DNA from: Bacillota bacterium
Lineage (GTDB): Bacteria > Bacillota > DTU025
Assembly (NCBI GenBank): GCA_050951805.1
Contig: JBMNJT010000002.1
Coordinates: forward strand, 1,312,001-1,376,000
Reading direction: 5' to 3'
Length of the DNA stretch: 64,000 nt
Each line of letters starts with the position of its first letter. Positions within the stretch are counted from its first letter, which is position 1. Of this stretch, positions 40,105 to 51,038 are shown piece by piece. The notes below the pieces were generated by a model, which saw only the letters and a program-made list of their open reading frames with translations, was not told the origin of the DNA and searched no databases. A program made the position numbers and the translations under genes.

Positions 40105-41148
40105 TCAGTAAGTTATCTGCCCATATATCAACACCGTTTGGTCCTGGGTTATTGCTGCAAGGAGAGACCCGTCAGGACTCCAAGCCACAGGTAAAGACCA
40201 CCAACGCCTTCCATCAACACTGATATCTGCAACCGGATCGACCTGCTCAGCGTCGAATATTACTCCGGAACCGTCATCGGTGTAGGCCACTATGTGGCGC
40301 CCATCCGGGCTCCACAACACATTGGCAAACCCGCCCGCAGCTCTCTTATGTTCCTTCTCCAGTTGACCCGTTTCGACGTTCCATACCACGATGCCCTCAT
40401 CTGTGGCACCGGCCAGACGGGAACTGTCAGGACTCCAAGAGACATGACGCACGAAACCTGAATGCCCACAAAGTTCCTTTGTATCGAACTTTTCAGACGA
40501 AATGGTATGGATAGCCCAGACATCCTCACCCACCTGCCATGCAGCGAGTTTCCCGTCGGGGCTGGGCACACTGCTCTGCTCGCCTATGCTGACAAACCAA
40601 CGATTCTCCATGGTTTTTGACTCGATATTCCACGAAGAGAAGTATTCCTCCCCGTTCCAGGTCGTCACCGACTTGCCGTCCTCGCTCCAGCCTTCCAGTC
40701 CATACACCTCAGGGTCAACAACGGTCCACTCAACTTCTCCGCTCCCTGAATCCCAGACTGTGAGCTCGTCTTCGCCAGTAATAGCCGCGATATGTTTCCC
40801 GTCAGGGCTCCAGCATACATGTTCAATCTGGTAGCCGGGCCTTCCGTGAAGCGTCAGGCTCTTCTCGCCACAGCGGGCATTCCACACGACCACAAGCCCG
40901 TCGCCTTCGCCAGTGACAATTCGCTGGCTATCAGGCGCCCAAGCCACGCTCTTCGTGCCGCCTGCATTCGCATCCATAGTGCAAAGCACTGCAAAGCGAA
41001 CCCTCTCCGGAAGATCAGAAATCTCCACCCTGGAAGAGCGTCTCTGATTCGCAATCGCGAAAACAGTTAGTATACAGGCCAATGCTATGAAGACTGCAAG
41101 AAGCGCTTCGACAGACAAACCAGTCTTGCGATCCTTCTCGTTCCCCAT
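40105..41148 (-). CDS. Membrane-anchored WD40 beta-propeller protein
   Basis: N-terminal TM; repeated V.WSPDG..IA...VWN/WD units. Confidence 0.9.
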   Translation of the reverse strand: MGNEKDRKTGLSVEALLAVFIALACILTVFAIANQRRSSRVEISDLPERVRFAVLCTMDANAGGTKSVAWAPDSQRIVTGEGDGLVVVWNARCGEKSLTLHGRPGYQIEHVCWSPDGKHIAAITGEDELTVWDSGSGEVEWTVVDPEVYGLEGWSEDGKSVTTWNGEEYFSSWNIESKTMENRWFVSIGEQSSVPSPDGKLAAWQVGEDVWAIHTISSEKFDTKELCGHSGFVRHVSWSPDSSRLAGATDEGIVVWNVETGQLEKEHKRAAGGFANVLWSPDGRHIVAYTDDGSGVIFDAEQVDPVADISVDGRRWWSLPVAWSPDGSLLAAITQDQTVLIYGQITY

Positions 41149-41799
41149 CTTGCAACACCTCAGCTTCAGTCAAAATGGAGCCCACAGCGGAGCTTCCAAG
41201 GTAAGTTTACATGGCCCTCCGGGAAGCTGCAATCGCCCCTGCCGTCGACATACAAAGCAGGAACAAGGTTCCGATCTCCGTGATTACCGGACTTGTCTCG
41301 ATGGAGGCTGCAATTTAGACAGCAATGCCCACCACCGGCTCGAGGATTGCACCAGGGTCTTCAATATCAGACGGGTGCATCTTTTCCATACAGGTTTCTG
41401 GCAAAAGTGTATCTATCATGTGTCGGGCGCGCCTCAGGGAACCTGCTTTCACAAAAAAGAATCTGTGTATGCAAAACTTTGAGACTCGCGCCAGCTTTTC
41501 ACTTACACACGTAGCCTCAGGTCATGAGCGCGTGATCCTAGCCATTCCAAACCGGGATGGCGTCAACTCGATCCTCTGCCACTCAATGCAACGTTAAGCC
41601 CTCACGCTTGACGGATCGTTAACAGAATATCAACCCTTCTTTCGATATATCTGCACATTACGGCTGTACGTTTCGTTGCGCAAGTTTGCTGAAAGACGGA
41701 TATCAGCAATCATCATCTCAATTCGGTCTCAGTCACCTGCTAATGGCCTATGGATGGATTCCCCTCAAAATCGCGCTCCGGCAAAGAAAGTCACCAATG

Positions 41800-42474
41800 T
41801 CAGTCCATTGGCGCAGACAACGCCCTGAGAGATACAACAAATATCCACTGCAGAATCGCGCCGGCGGTCAGACGCTGCCATGCCCCCTGCAAATCAGTTC
41901 CAAGGAGAAAGGCGTGCGCGGTGACAATCGAACATGATACCGCAAAAGCGAAGGTAGCGAAGGAGTAGAATGCAAAGCCACCCCATTCAGAACTGTTTCG
42001 CAAACCGAATCCAAAGAGGAGGATCGCCAACATCGAGCACACCATTATGGCGGCGGCTATAAACACATGAAGGGTTCCGACGACAGTAGTAACGAGAATC
42101 GAACCATCCATGGGAAACCACAGTGTCATGATTATACCTAAAACGCCCGCAAGGGCAAGGAATGCCGCTCCGCGCTGCACATACGTTGCGACCCCGTCGT
42201 TTTGAGTACAGACGGAGGCTGGCATCACAGATGCAAATCCGATCACCATCGTGTCGAGGAGGATGAACCATCGATCGAGAGCAGGTTTGGTTGCGCTGCC
42301 CTGGGCAGTCATCTCGCTTAGCGGGCGTGAAAGGTGATTATAGCCCGGGATCATCTCCGCTCCGACCACAGTGACCACCACGTACCCCGCAACCGCCACC
42401 AATCCTGCAAAGAGCAGAGCTCTGCCCATCATGATATCCGACCATCTCCCCTTGTACAGCTTCAACTGGAGCAT
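41800..42474 (-). CDS. DUF998 family membrane protein
   Basis: PGYNHLSRPLSEM, FPMD, TLH, GAWQR; true start probably at MMGRAL. Confidence 0.82.
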   Translation of the reverse strand: MLQLKLYKGRWSDIMMGRALLFAGLVAVAGYVVVTVVGAEMIPGYNHLSRPLSEMTAQGSATKPALDRWFILLDTMVIGFASVMPASVCTQNDGVATYVQRGAAFLALAGVLGIIMTLWFPMDGSILVTTVVGTLHVFIAAAIMVCSMLAILLFGFGLRNSSEWGGFAFYSFATFAFAVSCSIVTAHAFLLGTDLQGAWQRLTAGAILQWIFVVSLRALSAPMD

Positions 42475-43454
42475 CCGCCCACATTCTTGCCCAACGCTGA
42501 CAATGTCAAACCTACGCGAGAACGGGCTGTTCTCGCACCGATTCGGGAAACGCTATCGGGCAACGTGTTTCATAGAATATGGCAGAGTTCAGTGGCTAGA
42601 TGGAGCACATACGGCATACCGGTCATGCTTAAAGCAGATATCGTCTGCAGCTGCTTGCAGAAAGAGGCCTTTGGGTAGCCTGCTTTATGTGGCTCACACC
42701 TCACGTTCGCACTTCTCCGAATAAACTTGGAAATTTTCTGTACCAGCATGGGAATATCATGTCGTCGGCATTCGAGTCCCGAGAGGATAATCCCACATCC
42801 AATGCAAGGACGCCCTTGTCGTGACGTAAAGCCCGACCATTCCTTCGGGTACGGCTTTCCACGTGTTCGATCTAACGAACAGCATAGGCGAAACCGCCTG
42901 AATTGCAGTAAACGCCAGCGCAGGTGCCTTATGTGCCCCTATCAATGACCTAGCCAAGCTTGTCAGGACCTTCGTGCTCGGAAGACTTGTCCCAAAAGGC
43001 AGGGATCTCAGCTCTAAAACAGTCGGCACATGAGGCAATAGCTCATCCCAAGGTTGAATGCGGAGCACCGGTCGGGTGGTCTCAGAAAACATTCTCAACT
43101 TCTCCACTTGATCATTGACCCCATTAATGTGCTCTGCCACTCTGAGACCGAGTCGATTTTCTGCGCGGCAAGGCGCGCATCATACAGGTTCTGGAGACGA
43201 TTTATGAGCCTGCGCGCTCGCTGCGTCATTCTCCACCTGCGACCGTATTCCTCTTCTCTCCTCATATAGAGCTTGCCAGGCGTGCCTAAGAGTTTTTACA
43301 GGCCTATACCAAAATTCGCCTGGCACATAGATCCGATAGGCATGAGACAAACAACTTGAATGCGTCTTTGGCTGGAACGAATGGAAAATCGTGACAGACC
43401 GGCTGTTTGGCCTCTCAAAACACTGACCGTGCTTGGCCTGCAACCGACACCTCC

Positions 43455-43673
43455 CTAACGGAAGAGAGAAAGCATCCACTTTGCGGCCTTGTCTATCCAG
43501 ATCGCCGGATTCGGAATATTCACCCCGAGTAACATCAAAAGCGCCAGCGTGAAGTCGAGCCCTACAGCGAAAACAAACACGGCCAGCTCCCGCCAGAGCT
43601 TGTTCCTTATGAGGTCCGGCGCCTCATAGAATCCCAAAACGACGACCGCCAAGACTAGCAGCACTATATTCAC
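43455..43673 (-). CDS. Small membrane protein of germinant receptor operons (putative D subunit)
   Basis: YEAPDLIRNKLWRELAVF...IPNP; coupled to the gerC end. Confidence 0.75.
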   Translation of the reverse strand: MNIVLLVLAVVVLGFYEAPDLIRNKLWRELAVFVFAVGLDFTLALLMLLGVNIPNPAIWIDKAAKWMLSLFR

Positions 43674-46063
43674 TGCTGTCCACCCGATCCTCCCATTTCA
43701 TTCAGCTTGACGCTGCGCACAGTCAGCCCGCTCCTGACCAGTGTTGCCTCGATCTCGATCTCCGGCTCTATTTCAGCGAAAATGTCGTACCAACCATCCC
43801 GGATCTCTTTCCAAAGTTTCGGACGGGTTCGATGGATCTCGCGCCCAAAACCGAATACATCTGCTCGAAGATCCTGAGCCTTCTTCACAGCGGCCATGAT
43901 TTCATCCTCTATCGCCTTTGCCATCAGCCGCTCCATCGACTCCCACAGTCCAGGGTGAGCGTACAGGTCGACGTACGGCTGCACATCCGATATGTTAGCC
44001 TCTGCCTTTATCTTAATGACGATCCCTATTGTTTTTCCATTGTCTTCGATTTTGGGTCTGAAGGATCCACTAGATCTGATGATTTCAAGTCCAACGCGAG
44101 ACCCTAACGAAGCCTGACCCAAGCTCAGTTCAGGCGCATCTATTACCAGAATCCCGGACTTGGTCTTTCCCGTTATCCAATTGTATCCTCTGGCTTCGCG
44201 TCCATCGAGCCATCCTACCAGCTTATCGCTACGAAATACTGCTGCGCCCGTCAACCTAGCCACAGATTTAATCTGCTCCCGTGTGACGTCTCCCGTGATC
44301 TCGTAAGGATACGTATACGGCATGACCTCTATGCGCAAAGCTATTGGATCAATTCCTTCCGATTCCAACGCCATAACGAAGTCATTGACTGAGGCAATAA
44401 CAATAGTCGACGTGCTCTTCGAAGCGTTCATCGCAATGCCCATCCCCGCTTCCCCTGGCACTCGCTCCAACTCAAATTCCGATTGGAGCAGATCCCATGC
44501 CCTAGCGCCTGAGGCCACGCCCAAAACGGCTCGCCGCCGAGTTTCTTGGTCGCGCACTAAAAAGTCAACCGCCCTTGCCACTCCGCCCTTTGCGAACTCC
44601 TCGCCGAATAGCACCCATCTACTGTGCGGCCAGGAGAGCCTGCGCGGCGAAAGCTCCGACACATTGCGCACTGCCTCAAAGATGGTATATCCTGTCGCGC
44701 TTATTACCCAAAACGGCTTCTCAGGTGCAGGCCCACGTTCGCCACTGACTATAGCGGAAGGTTTGACTACGTGGGCCGTGACCTGAATCAACTCGCCGGG
44801 ATCGCGTTCTTCACCCGGCAATTCCCAGTGGGTCTTGCCCAATGCGGTATCTACTCCCACTGCGTTGACAAATCCCAGGCTCTCAATCTCCCTGTGACTC
44901 CAACACCCTGTAGCAAGAAATGCAGTAAGCCCTAGAGCTAGTATTGCCGCTATCATTCTCGTCCCGCCGGGCCCCTCGCCTTTCCGTCGATTCAACCACC
45001 TTGCTCCAGTCAGCACAACCAGCACAGCAATAATGAAGACCGCCGTGACAAGGCTCCCGCTCTTGGCAGAAGCGGACCTGTCAAATGCTCCCATGTTGGG
45101 CCACATACCCAATCCCATGATCACCGCCAACCCTCCCAGGGGGTAGACTAGTGGTTCGTAGCGCTTTAAGCCAAGCAAATTCGCACTAGCCTCAGCCGCC
45201 GCCCAAAGCGATGTGGAAAGCACAAGGCCCGCCCCGGAGGTCCATGAGGCAACAGTAATCAGCTCCAGCCTTTCAAAGAATTCCCCAAGGCTGATCATGC
45301 GGGTAAGGCTGAGGGCAGGCAACTCAAGTGACGTGGCAAGAGGCCCGAAGACCGCTGTAACAACCACTGCAAGAAGAATCAGGATAGCGCCGCTTATCAG
45401 GGCAGAATAGACTGTGCCTCTCATAAGATCCCGGCCGCTTTTCATGTAGGGCGCTATCATCATGAGCACGTTAAGGTCGAGGAAGAGACTGACTGCAGTT
45501 CCAGTCGGGAGCGCCAATGAACTCAGGTCTTCAGGAAGAAGCGGCAACAGGTTTCTAAATTGCATGACGTCTGCAGGAAGAGTGAACGTAAGCAGCAATC
45601 CCAGAAGGATCAAAACGGCTGTAAGCTCCGACATCATAGCAATCAACTTTATGCCGCGCCGAGCTATGCCCGAACTGACCAGCGCCGTCAGAACCATGAA
45701 GACTACGATAGGAGTCTCCGGCATGGTACCAATCACATAAGCCTCTCCCACCGAGCGCACTTGCAAAGCCGCAAGAAGCATCCAATAGAAGACGAAGAGC
45801 CAGCCTACTGCTCCACCTACAGTCGTCCCAAGACGGCGGCGCGATATTTGAATAATGTCATCAAGCCCTTCCGCCCTTGACAGCGACGCCATCCACACCA
45901 GCAGAGGCAGGGAGATGAGAGTACCCAAGGCCCCTGCTATCCACAACCCATGGGAAGACTGCATGCCTATCATCATTGGGAACGTCAGAGTGACAGGCAA
46001 AGCCCTCTGTAAGAAAAGAATCGACCCTAACTGGCGCGCGGTCAGCTTATGGGACATAGTCAT
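43670..46063 (-). CDS. Fused germinant receptor GerB (permease) - GerC (lipoprotein) protein
   Basis: N-half MPETP, FFERLE multi-TM; internal lipobox LATGC-W followed by GerC motifs (GVD, ADVFGFG) in one frame. Confidence 0.85.
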   Translation of the reverse strand: MTMSHKLTARQLGSILFLQRALPVTLTFPMMIGMQSSHGLWIAGALGTLISLPLLVWMASLSRAEGLDDIIQISRRRLGTTVGGAVGWLFVFYWMLLAALQVRSVGEAYVIGTMPETPIVVFMVLTALVSSGIARRGIKLIAMMSELTAVLILLGLLLTFTLPADVMQFRNLLPLLPEDLSSLALPTGTAVSLFLDLNVLMMIAPYMKSGRDLMRGTVYSALISGAILILLAVVVTAVFGPLATSLELPALSLTRMISLGEFFERLELITVASWTSGAGLVLSTSLWAAAEASANLLGLKRYEPLVYPLGGLAVIMGLGMWPNMGAFDRSASAKSGSLVTAVFIIAVLVVLTGARWLNRRKGEGPGGTRMIAAILALGLTAFLATGCWSHREIESLGFVNAVGVDTALGKTHWELPGEERDPGELIQVTAHVVKPSAIVSGERGPAPEKPFWVISATGYTIFEAVRNVSELSPRRLSWPHSRWVLFGEEFAKGGVARAVDFLVRDQETRRRAVLGVASGARAWDLLQSEFELERVPGEAGMGIAMNASKSTSTIVIASVNDFVMALESEGIDPIALRIEVMPYTYPYEITGDVTREQIKSVARLTGAAVFRSDKLVGWLDGREARGYNWITGKTKSGILVIDAPELSLGQASLGSRVGLEIIRSSGSFRPKIEDNGKTIGIVIKIKAEANISDVQPYVDLYAHPGLWESMERLMAKAIEDEIMAAVKKAQDLRADVFGFGREIHRTRPKLWKEIRDGWYDIFAEIEPEIEIEATLVRSGLTVRSVKLNEMGGSGGQQ

Positions 46064-47673
46064 TGCTCCTTCCTGCGGCCTTCCCGAAACGTGCTATGTT
46101 CGTCCTTGTGGTTTGCCGCCGAATCCATCCTCGTCTGGTTGTACCAAGTCAGCCATTCCGGACGCTCCTTCATCGCCCGCCACGGGACCCGCAAAATCGC
46201 GTCCCTAAGTCCTGCATCAATTACCGGCGCGATGGGCGACATGTAGGGAACCCCGAAAGACTCCAAGGATGTGAGGTAAGCGAAGAGGGCAAGCGCGCCT
46301 ATGGCTATTCCGAAAAAGCCGAGAAAAGCCGCGAGAAAGAGGAAGGCGAAACGAAGCACCCTGATTCCTATAGCAAGGCTAAATGCGGGTGTTGCGAGAG
46401 ATGCAATGCCAGTTGCTGCAACGACCATTACCATGATCGGCGATACGAGACCTGCTCGAATGGCAGCGTCACCCAACACCAACACCCCCACTATGCTGAT
46501 GGCCGGGCCAATGACACGAGGAAGGCGTATGCCAGCCTCCCTTATCAGCTCAAACATGACCTCCATTATGAAGGCTTCAAGGAAGGCGGGAAAAGGAACG
46601 CCTTCTCTTTGAGCGGCAATGCTAAGGATCAAAGAAGTCGGAAGCATCTCCTGATGATAGGTTGTTACTGCAACATAGAACGAGGGCATAAGAAGCGAGA
46701 CGAAGACAGATAGCACTCTGATCAACCTGATCAGTGTCCCAGCGTAAAACCGTTCGAAATAGTCTTCAGGAGTTGACAGAAGCATCGTGAGGGTAACAGG
46801 AACGATCAGCGCAAATGGGGTCCCGTCAAGAAGGATGGCCACCCTCCCCTCAAGGAGAGCTCCAACAATTCTGTCAGGTCGCTCGGTTCGGGCTATGGTT
46901 GGAAAGGGAGAAAACGGAGCATCTTCTATGAGTTCCTCCAATTGCCCGGATTCCTGAATCGAGTCGATATCGATCGCCGCTAGCCTCGATCTCACCTCTT
47001 CAATGATGCTGGGACGAGCTATTCCCTGAACGTAAGCGATTACCACTGACGTCCGAGTCAGCCTGCCGAGCCGGCATTCTTCGATACGCAGACAGGGATG
47101 GGCGATTCGTCTCCTCAGTATCGAGGTATTAACCCGTATAGACTCTACGAAGCCTTCCTTCGAACCACGCACCGTCGCCTCTGTGTTAGGCTCTTCGGGG
47201 CTGCGCTGCTCCCACCCTTGCACGGCGCAGGCGAGCGCAGTTGGCAGGGAGTCTATCAACACTACGCATGAGCCTTCAGCAATCCGCAACGTCGCCTCAT
47301 ATCCATCCACGACCTTGTCGACGCCTGTCACCGATATCAGACCATCGTGAAGCTCGTCCAAAACACTCTCGGGCGAATCGAGGCTCTCTGTCATCACCGT
47401 AATAGAACGAACTACGCTTTGGGCCACAAGAAGCCCGTCCACTAGACCATCGAGATGAATGACAGCGGCCGACACCGAGCCCCCTTTTCCTGCTCGAAGC
47501 CGGCGTACAACAAGGTCGCTGCTGCTGCCGAAGGCCTTTACGATGTAAGCGATGTTGTTCTCCAGGTCGGAGCTGAGTTGAGCCGAATCGCCTTCGCTAG
47601 AAATGATGTTCTTGCCCCGCTGCCTGTCACCTGCTATCGCTCGCATGATCTTCCTTGCAAGTCTTGAAAGCAA
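46060..47673 (-). CDS. Spore germination protein, GerA/GerKA subunit
   Basis: RGSKEGFVE, TERPD, DGTP, REGVPFP, EAGIRLP, SFGVPY; start uncertain. Confidence 0.95.
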   Translation of the reverse strand: MLSRLARKIMRAIAGDRQRGKNIISSEGDSAQLSSDLENNIAYIVKAFGSSSDLVVRRLRAGKGGSVSAAVIHLDGLVDGLLVAQSVVRSITVMTESLDSPESVLDELHDGLISVTGVDKVVDGYEATLRIAEGSCVVLIDSLPTALACAVQGWEQRSPEEPNTEATVRGSKEGFVESIRVNTSILRRRIAHPCLRIEECRLGRLTRTSVVIAYVQGIARPSIIEEVRSRLAAIDIDSIQESGQLEELIEDAPFSPFPTIARTERPDRIVGALLEGRVAILLDGTPFALIVPVTLTMLLSTPEDYFERFYAGTLIRLIRVLSVFVSLLMPSFYVAVTTYHQEMLPTSLILSIAAQREGVPFPAFLEAFIMEVMFELIREAGIRLPRVIGPAISIVGVLVLGDAAIRAGLVSPIMVMVVAATGIASLATPAFSLAIGIRVLRFAFLFLAAFLGFFGIAIGALALFAYLTSLESFGVPYMSPIAPVIDAGLRDAILRVPWRAMKERPEWLTWYNQTRMDSAANHKDEHSTFREGRRKEQ

Positions 47674-47841
47674 CTCTTTCCCACCCTGCCAACAAATCCT
47701 GTATACATTCTTTCTCCATGATAGCAGCGGTATTCGATAATCCTCTACCCTCCCCTGCCAGAGCCTGCCATCCCGCATGTGCCAGAGGCACGAGCAATTA
47801 TCGGGGCAAGCATCCTCGCTCGCAGAAACGACACCACCCAA

Positions 47842-48430
47842 ATCAGGTAGGATGGCGCCAGATGATCAGCCTGGTATCACACCTCTGACAGAATCGTTCG
47901 TGCGAACCTCGTATACTGCTCCTGACAAACCTCAATCACCACGCTTCGTAGAACAAATGCAAGACGACGACCTCGTGTATTTGATAAGGTCTATCCCATC
48001 AAACCAAGCCTCAAAAAACGACATGTTGACCGAAAGTCTCATCGATATCTTCAGGAATTCAGCTAAACAACCCCGCTCCCGGAGCACTTTATGCATACCC
48101 CGCCGGATTTTCATCTCCTGGATGAATCCTCAACACTCATCCCGTGGCTACGTAGAATCAGTTTGCCGGCAGTTCCCTTGAACTTCGCTTTTTGATCAAA
48201 GCAGTCAAGATAGATATTGGCGAGACGTGGCAATACCACTCCGGCTTGCGGACTGCCTATGGTTGTCTCATCCCAGGCCCCATTGTAAGGGCTCACGCTA
48301 GATGACCACCCAAAGCCATTTTTACTCAGATTGGACCCCAGTAACCGAAAGTGGTGTAGGAGGTGCTGGATAGACGAGGTACGAGCCTCTCCCCGGGACC
48401 ACTTCATCCCCACGAAGCATCTTGATATTA
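47842..48430 (-). mobile_element. Degenerate group II intron (RT and maturase fragments, domains V-VI)
   Basis: GAWDETTIGSPQAGVVLPRLANIYLDCFDQ (RT4), MHKVLRERG..EFLKISM (maturase X), DV-like gagcagtatacg...cgattc, 3' end cctacctgat. Confidence 0.8.
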
Positions 48431-49106
48431 CTGGTAATAATAAACAAGGCCGGCCCCGTTTTCACAGGTCTTAGGTTACACTAAAGGGAAAGCCTGCCTT
48501 AGTGCAGAGCTACATGTGAAAGGGGCCGGTACTATGGGGTTTTTCCAAATGCTCTTGACACAATTCAAAAGGTGCTCAAGCATTTTGCCAATAGGCTGTG
48601 GCCTTCGCGAGGTTCGACAGACTCGATCAGTTTCAAGCCCTGGCCCTTGAGAAATTCGATGAGTCCCACGAGTTTCGGATATTCGCTACTGAAAAACTCG
48701 CCAAGCTAAATCAACGCCCGGCCGCAATCGAAAAGAGCCAGCGGGTTGATCACGATATGATCCCAGTTAGATCAGATGGGCATTCGCCTTAGAGCTCTTG
48801 AAGAGAACGCGGATAGAGTAGGCGCACCATCCGGCACAGTATAGGCTTTCGTCTATGCCGCCTAGCTGGTGCGCTATCCCACTCCAAATCAGCCTTGATT
48901 AACAGCTCCATCCTGGTTCGACGCTTGCCGTAATCCTGGGGGAAGCCACATGAGCCCATATGATCAAGATGTCGCTCCTCTCCAGGTCATTCGTTAGAGT
49001 CAATGAGGAACATGGGCGGCAGCCATGGACAGATCAAATCCCCTCACTGCGAAAAAACATGCATCCAGGAGACAGAAGTTGCACGTTGCGATTACCTCTT
49101 CTGTTG

Positions 49107-49898
49107 CTAGCGATCTTCCAAGAAACCGTGCAGGCTTATCGTTACATAGTAGGATTCGCCATCTTCGAATTCGGTGGCCTCTATCCTGCCACTGCCACTG
49201 ACGGCAATATTCTTCTGCTTGAACCTATCCAGATCGCTTCCTACCTTGCCCGTCACGGCAAATGTGTAGCCTGCGCCAGCCTGGTGTTGAATTCCCATGA
49301 TGATGAGGGCGCCCTCGTCTACGACTTCCACCCCTGAGGCAGTTCGCTTCAGGCTCATCCTTGCGCCGGCCGTATAACGTTTTCCGCCATCCTGCTCCAG
49401 CGTAACATCGATAGTTGCCTCTGCAATGACGGTGCCCTCCGGAATGTCATCCAACACGCCTTTCGCTTCCAGCTCCGCTATTGCCTCTGAGCCTATCGGA
49501 AGCAATGTCCACTTCGGCTCGATCATGATCGTCTCCGTGCCTTCCTCCGGCACTATTTCCAGATCGCCGATATCAGAACCGTCCGCCTTGACCTCGACAG
49601 CCTTAGTAAGCGTCTGAAAGCCTTCCTTCTGGACGGTAACAGTCTGCCTCCCCGCCTTAACGCCAGAGATCTGGAAACGCCCATCATAATCCGTAACGGC
49701 TGTGCTAACCTTTCCGATCGTCACAGAAGCTCTGTATATAGGAATTTCCTTTCCATTGGCATCCGTGGCAATTACCCTTCCATTTACGACGACTTTAGGC
49801 CCGAACCACGTACACCCGGCCCCTGTAAATGCCATTGCAAGAATTATTAATGAAAACAGACCAACTCGTAAGAACCTACCAATTTGCGCCTTGCGCAT
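49107..49898 (-). CDS. Lipoprotein with carboxypeptidase-regulatory-like Ig domain
   Basis: Lipobox GAGC; TDYDGRFQISGV.AG..TVTVQKEGF. Confidence 0.8.
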   Translation of the reverse strand: MRKAQIGRFLRVGLFSLIILAMAFTGAGCTWFGPKVVVNGRVIATDANGKEIPIYRASVTIGKVSTAVTDYDGRFQISGVKAGRQTVTVQKEGFQTLTKAVEVKADGSDIGDLEIVPEEGTETIMIEPKWTLLPIGSEAIAELEAKGVLDDIPEGTVIAEATIDVTLEQDGGKRYTAGARMSLKRTASGVEVVDEGALIIMGIQHQAGAGYTFAVTGKVGSDLDRFKQKNIAVSGSGRIEATEFEDGESYYVTISLHGFLEDR

Positions 49899-50024
49899 TT
49901 GATTACCTCCTATCACTTCTTCGCTTCTGCCAAAATTTCGGCACTGGATTGATGCCTTCGTCAAGGAAGACGCCCAATCCTCTTTGATTGCTCAATACAC
50001 TCACCAGTTTGAAACTGGCTTTGA

Positions 50025-50480
50025 CTATAAGATTTCCCTATGCCTGATTCCCATCTCCTTGCGTCTCCTGTTTGTCGCTTCCCATATCAGGTCGCGGACG
50101 CGCTGCGGGTCCTTTACACCAACCAAGCGAAATTCCGGGGTTGATGGGTCTGTGGATATGATCTCTATCTGGCCGATCCCCATGATCCTATCTGAAAGCC
50201 CCTGGGTCATTCTGATGTCCTTGACGCGGGCCAAGTCGATCTGCTCTTCCTTCCGGCCGAGCAGACCTGTGGTGATGAGAATCCTCTGGTTTGTTACCAC
50301 GTAATTCGTGTTTCGCGCGATCTCCTTGAGATATGGCTTGCCCTCCCATAGCACCTCCTCTTGGGCAGTCATGTGCCTTTCAGGTTCAGAAGAGTCAAGG
50401 ATCTTGAGGCGTGCACCGCATTCCTTGCAAAACTTATCATCTGGGTTGCAGCCTGCACCACATGCAGGACAATATGCCAT
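50025..50480 (-). CDS. Zinc-ribbon plus bacterial PH domain protein
   Basis: YCPACG...KFCKECG; YVVTNQRI...GLL...IDLARVKDI...RIMGIG.I. Confidence 0.85.
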   Translation of the reverse strand: MAYCPACGAGCNPDDKFCKECGARLKILDSSEPERHMTAQEEVLWEGKPYLKEIARNTNYVVTNQRILITTGLLGRKEEQIDLARVKDIRMTQGLSDRIMGIGQIEIISTDPSTPEFRLVGVKDPQRVRDLIWEATNRRRKEMGIRHREIL

Positions 50481-50959
50481 AACAAACGCCTCCCTTATTG
50501 CAACGGCCTTTCCCATAGCCGATCAGCCCAATTGAAAAAGTGCATTACCAAGCAAGAACTAGTCTACAGCACAGGCATCCACTAGGCAAGGCAATGTCCT
50601 CTATCACAAGCAGGTACATCAGAACGTACCCTACCTCCACCAGTTCACTCAGGTTCCGCTTCATGGGCCTCTCGACAAGAGATTTCACCCTCAAACGTCC
50701 CCTATACCATGCCCATGCATGGCCAACTATGATGACATTTACGGATGTCTTGCCTCACGACAAAAGCACATACAGCCCGATATCGTGCCACAGCGTCTAG
50801 CAGACCTTCTCGAAGTGGGCACCGTCCAAGCGGAGGGAACGCGGAATCACATCCCCGCTTCCGATGGAAGACCTCGATTTCAAACGGAACCTCCCTTTCG
50901 CGCAACGCTCAGTCCATACAATAATCCAGGCGGGTCAGCGTTCGGCATCTATAAGAAAC

Positions 50960-51004
50960 GGCGCGCCGTCCCGCCGGGGCATAAACCCCCGCGAGTCGGC
51001 GCGC
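50960..51004 (-). terminator. Hairpin after the aldehyde dehydrogenase gene
   Basis: gcgcgccg...gggg / cccc...cggcgcgc stem, T-rich downstream on the minus strand. Confidence 0.55.
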
Positions 51005-51038
51005 TTCAATGAGCCACTAGGCCCGATAGTTGCAGAAA

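Noticed and set aside
37000-51000. Integron-like cassette array in the accessory zone
   Set aside because: No integrase and no repeated attC-like sites; intergenic hairpins share no sequence
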